A DNA stretch of 64,000 nt from Camelus ferus. Its lineage: Eukaryota. The number at the start of each line of letters is the position of its first letter. Positions within the stretch are counted from its first letter, which is position 1. Positions 26,801 to 39,240 of the stretch are shown piece by piece. The notes below the pieces were generated by a model. It ran no database searches. It saw only the letters and a list, made by a program, of their open reading frames with translations, and was not told the origin of the DNA. Position numbers and translations under genes: made by a program. The stretch lies in contig NC_045696.1 of NCBI RefSeq assembly GCF_009834535.1, forward strand, positions 31,002,001 to 31,066,000, written 5' to 3'.

Positions 26801-27215
26801 CTAATTAGTAACATGAAATTAAAAACATAAGGGAACAAAAAGGAACTTAAAAATTCTCAGCTATTTTTGGAATGTATTTGGTCATTTACATATGTATTTA
26901 TAGTAAAACAAATCATTTAACTCTAACAAAGGAACAAGGAAATAGAACTAGCTAAGGTGATATATTTTTGGTTAAAGGCAATAAAAAAGAAATCTAAGGT
27001 AAAGTCTCCTTTTATGGAGAACAAGATTTACTAGGCCATTTACTAAATTGAAAAAAGAAATCTAACAACTTTTTTATTTCACTGTGAGGATCAGAACTTA
27101 AATTATATTGTTAATGTTAATGAAATTGTAAATAATTAACATATATTGATTTTCTTATTAAGAAGGTTAAAAGACAAATGCTTTGTATTATTTAATATTT
27201 TCATATTACTGGAAC

Positions 27216-27764
27216 TGTTAGGCAGTTAGATAAGTGGGGGCACCAGGCAGATAGGTGGAAGAGAGGGAGGATGGTCTGGAAGATGGTCTTATGCCCGCCT
27301 CCAGCATAAAGGGACCTGACTTCTTCTAAGTGAGTGCCAGCGAAAAAACTGGTTAAAACCCAACAGCCACGACTGCGCAGTAGCAGAAAGGACTTAAACA
27401 GACACAATGCTCATTTTATTAGAATTAACGTTTCAGTTTAGTCACCCCCCACATAGTTTTTTTTCTGTGTACATCATGGGTAAGGACATTTGCAAAGAGG
27501 CCAAACGTGACTAAGCATTCCAGGGACAAGAGCCATCAGTCAATCAAAAGACCACCTCAAAGCAAGGGTATAAGAGAAAGGGGCGACAAAAGCCACCACT
27601 TTTCCTCCCTTGGACCAGCCTGCCTCCCGTTATTGGGGGTGTACTTTTCCTTTCCTTTTAAATAAATCTTTTAAAATCTTTAGCTACACAACCCACCATC
27701 TCCCAACTGTAAACTTGCCTTTCAGGTATGAAAAGAATCAGGGTCTTTACCTTTTAGGGTAACA
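27216..27764 (+). mobile_element. ERV1-type solo LTR
   Basis: Termini TGTTA...TAACA, 4-bp TSD GAAC (27212-27215, 27765-27768), TATA-like gggtataaga, AATAAA at 27661; homologous to 31378-31922. Confidence 0.9.
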
Positions 27765-27784
27765 GAACCATAATAATTATCCAC

Positions 27785-27822
<38 letters not shown>
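27785..27822. repeat. (CT)n(AT)n compound microsatellite
   Basis: Direct observation. Confidence 0.95.
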
Positions 27823-27823
<1 letters not shown>

Positions 27824-28822
27824 CTTTAGACAACAGTTTCTCAATCAGCCATGTTCATATTTAGGCAAGCTATTTGAATACCACTGAAATTAAAAACAAA
27901 AGCAACAGAGATATTTTCCTGACATTTCCATCCATCATATACATTTATCAATTCAGTTAAGATTTTTCAAACATGAAAGTCTTAACTTAATCAAATTCAA
28001 CTTTACTATTAAAATCATATTTTAATCAATGATGCTTTTCAAGACTGAAACTTACACATTTTGATCAAGAAGGGTGGAATTTATCTGAGGAGCATTTTTA
28101 TTGAGGATCCATGAAAGTGATGAATATCAAGCAGAAAACCCAATAGAATGGTCTAACTTTAACACACACAGACACGCACACACACTTACCCAAAAGTCAG
28201 AATTGTCCTTTTAATTCAGGTTCATAAGAATGTAATTTTTAAATATGTTTAGAAATAAATATGAATTTAATAGGAACTATACACTTTGAAGTCTGTCATC
28301 AGATTCAGTAATCAGCCCACTCATTTTTCAATTAGTTGAGGTTACAGAGTTTCATTTAATATTTGAATTATTCAGTTTAATTAAAGTAACAAATTCAGAC
28401 TTAAATGTGCTCAAAGGGGTAGAAAAATTAATTGCAATTTAGAACGTAGCAGTTTTTAAAATGTCCTCTAGCAGCCTGAAACTTAAAAATATTTGAGCTA
28501 AAATTTGAAGTTATTCATTCAAAGCTCAAAAATTATGCCAACTTTACAAATATTAAGTAAATGATATTTTATTATACAAAGTTAATACATTACTTGATAA
28601 TTTTATAATTGATTTGTTTGCAAAATTGAGAGCACAGGGTCAACACTAACTAAAATCTAAGCAATTAAATACTAAGGCACTGCAAAATGCTTTTTTAAAA
28701 AGGATAATAAAATATTGCTTTTATCTAGAAATGTATTTACACATCAAATAGTACAATATATAAAGGTTTTCAGTACTTAAAATCACAACAAATACACAAA
28801 CATATGTGCTTTAGGAAACTTA

Positions 28823-29250
28823 TGTTACCAAATTCAGATTCGTCTGCTTGCTGCTTAGAAGCCAATAATCAAGAGGCAAGTGTCAGTAGAATGGAAAGAT
28901 GCTTTAATCAGAAAAGCCAGCAGTCTAGGAAGAAGGTAGACTCGTCCTGACACCAACTCTGAAGATTTTGCTCAACCATGATAGTTTTAAAGGGAAAAGG
29001 TGGGAAGGGGGAGAATCTTAGTGAATCGTTGAGTCAGGAAGTTCGGTTCTGCGTCATTCTCCATTGCATGCAGGCTGGCTTACTCTCTCTTCCAATGTTA
29101 TATTGCCTGCATTATCTGCCTGCAGGATTGCTAAGGGGGCTGTTGTGGGTAGACAGTTAGTCATTCTTTAACTACTTAACTCTACTCTTACATCTTTTTT
29201 ATCTAGGAAAACAATCAACAGGTTAATAGATTCTTTCAAGGTTAGAAGGA
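28823..29250 (-). mobile_element. Probable ERV LTR, far end unclear
   Basis: Begins tgttaccaaattcagattcgtctgc; minus-strand ATTAAA near 28903; GC rises sharply against the flanks. No TSD found. Confidence 0.6.
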
Positions 29251-30559
29251 AACAGAAATGGGCAAACAGGAAAGGGGCAAAAGAGTCACTTTTATTCATG
29301 GAATATTTATTATGTGAGTCATGCTAGAAATTTCACAAGTATTGCCTCCTTTTTATGTTTGAATAACTTGAAGTATGTATTATTATTTCTTTTGTTAATG
29401 GTATAGTGATAGCATAAAACATTGTTTGGATAAAGATTTTACATTGCAAAGCATGTTTGTCATTTATTATTTAACATTAACAACGACCTCAGATAGATTT
29501 TACAGGTATAGTTATACTAATTTTGGAGACCTGGAGACTAAGGATGAGAAAATGAAAATGATTTCCTCAAGTACTTGCATCAAACTGTCTAGAGCTGAAA
29601 GTCCAGCTTTATAATTCACATTCTTTGCCTTGATCAATGACTAGGCCACATTTAGAATAGCATGCACTGTTAATTATTAGTAACAATGAATATTAATCAT
29701 AAAAATGAAACACTCTCTGCTAAGGGGAAATAAGTTTATTATTAATTTATCTTTATTATCACTTCTTCATTGTGTTCTCATATTCATACAAATATCTACT
29801 TCAATGTTTCTTTTAATGACAGATGAATTTTTTTTAGAACGATTATGCTGAGCTTGTACTTTGAGTTTGAAATAATATATTTCCTCTCACATACATATAT
29901 ATTTTTTCAATTATTAATTTCTCAAGAATTGGAAGGCATTGTGCAATCAATGTGTTTAATTAAAATCACTTTACTGTGTTAGCATTACCATCTTCAAACC
30001 TTGTGTTAATAAGGCTAATAAAAACTGTTATCAAATCAATGATATTCCTTATAAACTTAGCTTCTTAAAATCATGAAAATATAGTAAATCTTATGAATAG
30101 CGTTTTTGACTGTTTGTTAATTTTCTGTTGGCTAGGTTCATGCACTACATAAAATTATTTTAAAGTCTGTCAATTTATGATGATATCTGCTTCTTCTGGC
30201 AATAAAAATACTACATTAATTACATAGTTTTTACTGAGGTAACTGTGACTATTTTTTCTCAATTGACAGTGAAAATAAAACACATATAAATATATGAAAA
30301 TTAAAACTGTCCTTTTAGTGAATCCATGTGGTTATATTCAGAATACCCTTTGCATCTGTAAATGTCAAAAGACTTTGCCTAGACTATAGTGCATAACTCA
30401 AGGAAAAAAGTATTTGGGGTGGTTGACAACTTTTTTAAAGTAGAATTTAGAGGAAGTAATCAAGTTGCAAATGAGGAAAAGGGTGTTACCTGAGTTTGCC
30501 AAGCATTTTATGAACTATTGAGAGCTATTGTCAATGGCTCTTATCAAGAATCTATGTTA

Positions 30560-30865
30560 TTACTTATATGTGGGCTCTAAAAAATAAAACGAATGTGTAT
30601 AACAAAACAGAAAGAGACTCACAGATACAGAGAACTAGTGGACACTAGTGGGAAAAAGAAGGGGGGAGGGATGAGATAGGGATATGGGATTAAAAGATAC
30701 AAACTATTATGTATAAAATAAAAAAGCAATAAGGATATATTGTACAGCACAGGGAACTAGAGCCATTATTATTTTGTAATAACTTTAAATACTGAGTCAA
30801 TATTTTGCATTCCTAAAACTAATATAATATTGTAAATCAACTATACTTTAGTTTAAAAAAAAAAA
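30560..30865 (+). mobile_element. 5'-truncated L1 3'UTR with A tail
   Basis: aacagaaagagactcacagatacagag, atatattgtacagcacagggaa, gtaaatcaactatacttt followed by an A-run. Confidence 0.9.
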
Positions 30866-31361
30866 GAGTGTAAGGGGAGCTGCTAAAATTGGGAAGAAGT
30901 TGGTGAGGCTCCTTTTCAACTCAAATCCATTGTTGGGATTATTCTGCCACAGATTATGGTACATCTGGGTATTTACATTCCTGTGATACTATTGCCACAT
31001 AAGTAGAAATATTAATCTATTCCTAAAAAACCTAAAAATTAACAACGATGTTAATAATATAGTACAAATCAAGCCACAACAATCTAGGACAAAGTTACCT
31101 TCAGTGCTATTCCACAATTATTTACAAGTCTTGGGTGCAATAAAGAAATAATGCATTCTTTTGAGAATCCCCTTTGCTTCCTTATGAAAATGTGCAGAAA
31201 TTAACGAGAATTTTATTCTCCCTGTTTCCCTTGTAAGATGTGTTTTAAGTGCCTCTAAGAATTAAATAAAATCAAAAGCAGATACAGCTAGATGCTTATT
31301 AAAATTTTATCTTCATTTATCTAGAATTTAAATGAAATAGGGAAGAAAAGATAAATTCAAA

Positions 31362-32366
31362 TGTGAAAAGGTGACATTGTTAGGCAGTTAGATAAGTGGG
31401 GGCACCAGTCTGATAAGGTGGAGGAGATGGAGGATGGTTTAGAAGATGGCATTATCCCACCTTCAGCATAAGGGGCTTTACTTCCTCTAAATGAATATCA
31501 GCAAGAAACTGGTTGGAACCGGATGGGTGAGACTGGGGTAGTGACAAGGACCTAACCCGACATGACCCAATGCTCATTGTAATATAATTAGCATTGTGGT
31601 TTAGGGCCCTCCACCATGAGTTTTTCTGTGTATATCATAGGTAGGAACATGTACAAAAGGGGACGACTATGACTAAGCGCTCCAGGTGCAAGAGCTGTCA
31701 ATCAATCATGAGACCACCTCTAAACACGGGTACAAGAAAAGGGGCAAACAAAGACCAGGGCTGCCATCCTCTCCTCAATTAGCCTGCCTTCTGCTCTTGG
31801 AATTGTACTTTTGCTTTGCTAATAAAATCTTTAAAATCTTTAACTACACAAGGCTTTTATCTCTCACCTGAATTCTCTTTTGGGTGAGACAAGAAGCAAG
31901 GGCCTCCCCTTTTGGTGTAACAACATGAGTGGAGCCAAATAAAACCACTGGAGCAGCCATTCCAGAGGAACTGCCTTGCATGTCCTTCTCCAAACTGGAC
32001 CAAACCACCTACATTCCAAGAAGTCAGTAAAGAAACGAGAACATCTTACTGAAAGGACTAATAAATGAATTCATACCTAGTGACCACTTCACCCAGCCAA
32101 TCAGGGAAATACAAAGCTGGCTTTACCTCATCTTTTACCAATGGACACTTCGCCTGATGGATCACCTCATCTTGCAGCAATTAACTCTTCTAAAAAAAAC
32201 GACTTACCTCAACTTCCTCTCTTTTTCCCACAAAACTCTGAGCCCCTTCTCCTATTATTGAGACACTATTTGGTTTCTACCTAAATCTGTGCATTCCGAA
32301 TTTCACTTCTGTGATCCCAAATAATGCCTAGTCTTTTGAACTGCACTCTTGTTTTTTAGATTGACA
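31362..32366 (+). mobile_element. Older LTR-like element interrupted by the solo LTR at 31378-31922
   Basis: Possible TG start (tgtgaaaagg); CCAAT boxes at ~32097 and ~32138; ends ttttagattgaca. TSD not convincing. Confidence 0.6.
31378..31922 (+). mobile_element. ERV1-type solo LTR
   Basis: Termini TGTTA...TAACA, TSD ACAT (31374-31377, 31923-31926), AATAAA at 31821; first ~30 bp identical to the 27216 copy. Confidence 0.9.
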
Positions 32367-34813
32367 TCAGCAAAGTAGAAAGACTTATGCAAATTAAACA
32401 ATAATGTCTAACTTTTCTTGTTGTAAAAACTGTGTTTGGCTGTCAAAATTATTTCATTTTTCTAATGGGAGATAGTTTATGAGTTAAACATAAAGGGCCA
32501 TCTCTTTAATATTAACAGACTTTTTGCTATTATTTGGAGTTAGAGGTAAAAAATCCAAGTCCCTAAATTTTCTATTTGTAAGTTAAAAAGCCTGATGTTC
32601 TACTTTATCCTTATAATTTAAAATGAGATGTGAGTATTGAAATAACCTGGTGAAGCTAATATGTGCCCCACACATAAATCCGGCTCCCCCTACCATGTGC
32701 AAGATCACGATACTTGCTGTGAGAAAGAACAGATGGGAGTATTTATTTTTCCTTTTAATGATAATGTTTCAATGTCTTTTCCACTAATAAGGACATAAAG
32801 CATAATTACAAATGAAATCAAATGTGTTTGGATTATTGTTTTCATTCATTTACATTAAACATTTTTTCTTATTACTGTCACTTCCTCCAGGTAAATTTCT
32901 AACATCCCTAGATTACAGATCATGGAAGATTAGAGAACATGACATTAATTTTCACTATGAACTCAATTTGTATCATTGCATAAATATGGGAGGAAAAGAA
33001 ATAACTTTTAAATGAAAACATTCCAAAAGATATTATACACTAATTTACAATATTGGTGAAATACTTCCCAGTTTGAGGGACACACTCCAGAGCAAACATT
33101 TCAAAGCTAATTTACAGTTTAGAGCAATAGTGGTCAACTGTAGTATCTTTCACGGATGCGCAAACAGTGACTCAACAGTAAAATACTACAACTACTGAAC
33201 ACACTAGGTAGGAAGATGTTTATAAAACAGATTTTGATCTGAGCAAGCTATAGAATGTGCTGTAAAGAGAAAGAGGCTCAGGTATCAAGCAAATTTATCA
33301 GAGATTCCAGCAAACAACTCTTTATTTCTATAGGCTCTGGTTGACTTACATGCTCACCCTAAATTTACAAAGTTGGAAGAACATTATGATCTTCTGTTGT
33401 TTAGTTTCCCTTTTTTAACACTATTTATTTCCAGTATTTTCACACTGGGTTTTGACTTTCCAAAAGAGCATTTACTATTTTAATGTTTAGAAAATTATCT
33501 TACCAGATCCCCTAAGTTTTACAGAAGGAGCTACTAACTTCTCCAGAATTCAACAAAAAATGGTTTTGATAAAAATAAATCTGGTTCGTGCATTCAGAAA
33601 GAAACATTAGTGTTATTTTCATCAGGGGTAGAATAAAGAATATTTGTATTTCAGGGTAAATAAGACCATTTTTTCTTTTTTATTTTTGGAAGAAACAAGT
33701 GGGAAACTGTGAAACTGAATAAGAGATGAAGAAATCCAAAGATATAAAGAGAAGAGGACTGTGAACAAATGTTCTGGAACAGGTTTGCAGGGCATCCCAC
33801 GTCCAGATTTATCTTTCACATAAAAATAGCTTTTTTTTTTTTTTTAGAGGAAGGGATGTCTTGCCAGAATCTATAATATTCTGCTCCATTTCGTTGTTCC
33901 ATTGTTTAAATATATAGAATTGAAGTCCTTGTGTTTTGGTTTCCTCATTTGCGCAAGAATGAAAGAATTAATATATGTAAATTATTTTTACCATCAAACA
34001 ATGTTTTAAAATCAAAACAATCTATTATATTATTTGATTCAAATAATGAGGTTGATTCATTGATTTCAAACTAATCAATTGTACTATATGTTTCGCAGAT
34101 TTACCATTTATGACACTTATTCAAGTCAATCAAATCATACTTGTTTCTATGGGCTCAGAATATCTTAGTTTATCATTTAAATTTTATTATTTTTATTGGC
34201 AACTGGATTTATTACTTTGTTACAGTAGAAGATCAATATTTTCCTTTAAATATTTTGCTTGTGATATTTTTCTTAGAAAAATTTCACCCAAACTAAATTA
34301 TGCACATTTACCTTGTATTTGATATTTTAGGGATTCTTTGATAATTATATGTTAAATACATTTGGAATATACTTTGATATTATTAAGTTTAGGAAATTAA
34401 CCAATTTTATTTTGCATTTTAATAAGTCAATTTTTCGTAAATCATTTATTGCAAAATACATCCTTTCACTTATTGATTTGAAGCATCACCTTTTATTGTT
34501 ATAGTTTCCACTAGTGGTAATCTTAATATGCCATTCATTTTGTTTCCTAATTAAAAAAAAAAATCTTCGTGCTGTTAGATTTCTCCCTTACAGGACATGT
34601 AAAGTTATTCTTTAATTGAACTATTGAATTTAAATAGCAAAAACATAATTTATAATATAACCATAAAATAAATGAAACTATTATTTGAACTACTCTCTAT
34701 ATATTTTTGAACTGAACGTTTGCTCTTTTAAGATGGATAAGATGTCGTATAAAATTAGGGTATACTCTGGTGTGAAACGTTAAAAGAAAATCTCTACAGT
34801 AACAGACTGAACG

Positions 34814-34815
<2 letters not shown>

Positions 34816-34867
<52 letters not shown>
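34816..34867. repeat. (TA)n followed by poly-T
   Basis: Direct observation. Confidence 0.95.
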
Positions 34868-34869
<2 letters not shown>

Positions 34870-37800
34870 CCAGTATTCCCAAGGTTCAATTCTACTTTGG
34901 TTGATCAATTTCATAAGGTATTAGTTTACACATGATCCATTTCACCCTCTGTGCAAATGTATTAATGTAAAATCTGCTCTATAGGTAAGATTTTAAGGGA
35001 GAAGAGCACTCTATAGCCTCCATTTTTGATGTGTCTCTATCGGCTCTCCCAATTTTTTTTTCTGCCACCAGTAATGAAGTTGACCATTGAGGCAAAAATG
35101 ACTCTTCTTGACTGGGTTCCTTTCTGTTTCATGGGCTAACTTAGCTTCCAACTCCTTTCCCTCTAAATTAAAGGTTTTTGTGAAGGTTTTGCAAGGGTAT
35201 TTTCTGCTGCCTTCACTGGGATGCCTCCTTCAACCAAATTTCATCTAATTTTTTTTCTTTTTTTTTCCTGGTGAGAGTTCTTCAAAGTTTATGTCATGAG
35301 TTTGGCTTCCACCCATCATTTCAGGGCTGATGCATGTGTGATATTTCCCCCTTATGCATGTTAGTTTTTATCCATTTTGCCAAATGTTTGAAAGAGAAGC
35401 TTGTATTCATGCTTAATACTTTGGGAACAAGTTTTAGTAGTTACATATAAACATGATGTTGAATGGAAATGCCAAACATGCATTCAATAGTCATAAACAA
35501 CCACTTAATGAATAAAATTAAAGTCTGAAGGGCTGGATTGTCTTCTTTTTCATGTCTTATATAGTTTAATAGTTTTTTTCATTATTTAAATATAGATTTA
35601 CATCTGATTTTTTTTAGTTGCAGATATGCAGCTCTCCAGAATATTATATATTAAAAGGATTTGGGATAAAAAATGGGGACTGAATAATCATTTTATTTAA
35701 AAACTACTTTTAAATAAAATTAAAAGTAATATATAGTGACTGGATATCATGGATCAAGATTATTTTCTGGATATGCTATCTATTCCATACTTAATTATAA
35801 AATATTAGACTATTATTTTACAGAAGTCCCTTTTGTATTATTCTAATGTTGAAGATCCAGTTTTGTTTGTCATTTAAACTGTTATTTCCATTCAACACTA
35901 TACACAGAAAGCAACTATCAAGTGCTCTTACTCTAGTAATTAGATAATTACTATTTAACACTGATTTGTCTTCTTTTCATTAAACACCTACTCATTTTCT
36001 TAATGTAAATAGCATCAAGGAAATTAAGATGCAAGCTTCTTAAAGAATTAATGTAGTAGAGCAATGAACTAAAACTAAATAAAACAGCATAGCTAATTTG
36101 TCTTGTTGAATTCTCAGTGAATGACTTCTTTCCTAAATCATAAAATTTAGAATAAACTTGTGGTTTTCAAATTTAACCTTTCTTTTCTTTTTTGTTTGTT
36201 TTCCTTACATATTAGTGAAGAAACAGTTAAATAATAAGTCAAATTCTTTTGGGAAATTTTATTTATATATATAGTTCTTAATTTTCTATAGCTTAGCATG
36301 GCCCATTGGATGAAAAAGGGCTTAACTACTAATCCCTCATTTTTAATTTGGTGAGTTTTTTTCTTTTAAACAGATTTGTTTATCCAGTACTAGTACTTTT
36401 TAGGGAAGGCATCAAAATAATTTGGAGCAGAACATTTCTCCTGTTCGTGTTTAATGGATAAATACTTTGTAAGTACTTTAATTTGAAAGAATTGCTTACA
36501 TAATGACAATGCAAGCTTTTGTAAAATCTAAGAGCTTATTACAACCTAACAATTCCTACATGTAACACAGCCATCTAATTTACAATTCTTACGTTATGTA
36601 TAGCGAAAGATAATGCATAGAGGCAGCTCATGTTTAGTTTTGAACATGATATTGCAATATTTTATTAACTATTTTGAATTTTTCATATAAATGTATGTAT
36701 ATACAGACCATATGCACATACATACACACATACATACATATTCACAGTGTTTTATTGTATTTTTTTTCCAATCTATATTCTAGTTGCTGCTACTGCCCTT
36801 GCAAGAAGATTTGTACTTTACAAAGCCTCTGACCTTTTAGTCCAATCACACTGGGCAGACTTCCATATTCATTAGGATAGCAAGAAGATAGATTTGAACA
36901 TGCTTCTAAAGTGACCATTATATTTATCAGCCAATTTCCATCTTCATCAACAGTTTCAGCTTGCTTAAGAATATTACCAGAATGAATAATATAGGGAATC
37001 TTTTGTAACCAAACACTAGCGATGCTAAACGGTTGCAATATTTCCTTCAATATAAAGAGGACTGTGATCAAACATAATTTATAAATAGCTGTTTGTATTA
37101 CAAGTAACTACACTGTGAACAACTCATTTCTCATATGCACATGCTTACTAGAAAAACATCTGTGGCATTTAGTTAAACAAAATAGATTTGGCTAAGGTAA
37201 GAGGATATCTCATATAGGACTAATGTGAAACTAAAATGTAAACAGCAACAACAATAAAAATTGAGGCTTAGGTATTTATTTTTGAATAAATATTGATTGG
37301 TACCCATAAAGAATATTTGTTGTTTACTGAAATATATATTTACAGATACAATTTATAAAACAATTTGTAATGTTTCTGAAATATAATACATATTCTATTT
37401 CCTTCTCCCATAGTACATATTCTAAAATACTAACTTTTACTAAATACAATTATTGAGTGAAAATTATGTTTGCATGCATAGGTGCTTTTGGGGAAAGGAA
37501 AACTATTTATAACTGCTTTAAGAATCTTCTGTGCTTTACAAGAATCAATGTGCCTGTGACATTTTAAATAATAAGCATCATATTTAAAAAATATAGCTAA
37601 TAATTTATTTTTCTTTCAAAGAACATGTGCTCTTCTAGTCAGAATAAATGTAATGGTTTGGAAAAAATTTTTCTGTGTTCTATAAATAAAAATATTCAAA
37701 CTTTATATTTGTGTATGCACACAAATATCTTTATCAGTCTGTCAAAGAATATATTCAGGAGGAGAAGAAAAAGAGAAAAGGAAATTTTTCAATTAGTGAC

Positions 37801-38659
37801 AGCAAAAATATTTCCTCATTCATTAATATAGCTTGACTACTTCAAAGTCTTTGTCTTAGGTTTTATAAACATTTCTCTTATACTAGCATTTCTCTCTGTT
37901 TGCTCATCAATTGAGAACTATTTTCCAGTATGGATAAGAAGTTGTATCAGAAAGCTCATCTTCTCCCAGATTCAACACAGGGCAATAATAATACCCATGT
38001 CAACTTTGAATTTTACTATTGAGTTTACCTGTCATAAATTTGGAAATGGATTTCTGGTGTCAAAGAGAATAAACTGTTAGGAAAAGAAAACTGAAAGGCA
38101 AGGTTTTCAGGACATTTCAGCACTGTGGGAAAAGATAGGATAATCTGTACTTAGACACCATGTTGCTGTGTCAGTGCACAGTACTTGAGCTTCCGGCGTT
38201 AGGAATTTTTCTCATCCCCTTTAGTTGTTATGCCCATTATTAAAAATTGATACTTGTTTTTCTTCTGGCAAAAGAGAATAGCAGAGCCTAGCCACTGGAT
38301 ATGCTCAGTAAGGTTGATAGAGTGTTGAGCACTAAGAAAAGGCTCATACATCAGTGATTCTGTTAACAAAACCACATGTCCAGAATTCAGCATTTCTGCT
38401 CCTCATTGTGGTGGCAACAATAATGGGAAAGATGTGTTGTTATTCGGTGTGTGGTGGGGTAGAGTAGAATTTAAAGTAATGTTTAAACACCATTCCTGAT
38501 TTTGAGGCAAGTTGAAGCAAGAGAAATTGCAAGAATTGTTAGACAAGGCCTAAGCAAATATTTATTCAATAAAAGACTTTTTGATAAAAAATAATTGTTT
38601 AAATATTTATTGAGAAAGAAGAGAACTGTCACAGAGTCATTACAAGAATAAACCACAGA

Positions 38660-38835
38660 AAGCAGCATGTGAATTTAAATCCAAGATCTTTCACTTACTA
38701 AGAGCTTTGTTCTTATGTAATTTAATCAGCACCTTGAGTCTCTTTTCTAATGTGTTCTAAACGAAAAAAAAATTAAAAAGACCTAAAATCCTAGGGTAGC
38801 CGTAAGAATTAAATAAAATAGCACACATGAAATAG
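38660..38835 (+). mobile_element. MIR SINE, decayed
   Basis: gaatttaaatccaagatctttcacttacta...tagggtagccgtaagaattaaataaaata. Confidence 0.55.
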
Positions 38836-39114
38836 AGAATAACTGAGTGATTTTTATCTAATAAGTATTTGTGAAGTAATTTTTATATGAAAGATATAAA
38901 TTTCAGGATTTAGGAGAAAATATTTAAAATATTGGTATATGTCCACACTGTCAGTGAATACACAGGTAGAATTTTATTTCATTAGTGTTTTCGTTATTGT
39001 ATCTGACTGTGTTTGAAGGATCTTTATCAAACAGAATTACTCATAACATATAAGAATAAAAATATTTCGCCTAAAAATAAGAAGCTTAGGGAAAATTAAA
39101 TTTAAAGCATCCTC

Positions 39115-39240
39115 ACCCTGCAATCTCTCTTGTTTTCCTTCTGGCCCTGGAGGAATCAGCTACTGCTGTGGGAGCTGTTTATAGTGAAGACTGTGTGACC
39201 AGGAATGTGGGCCAAGCCCAGGCACTGAGGACATCCTTGG
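39115..39240 (+). mobile_element. MLT1-like LTR fragment
   Basis: ctggccctggaggaatcagctactgctgtgggagctg...gtgaccaggaatgtggg. Confidence 0.45.

Noticed and set aside
27216..31922. Single provirus bounded by two LTRs
   Set aside because: Each LTR has its own TSD, the copies are too divergent, and no primer-binding site or retroviral coding sequence is visible between them.
38116..38136. REST/NRSE site (TTCAGCAC...)
   Set aside because: Only the left half matches; the GGACAG half is absent.
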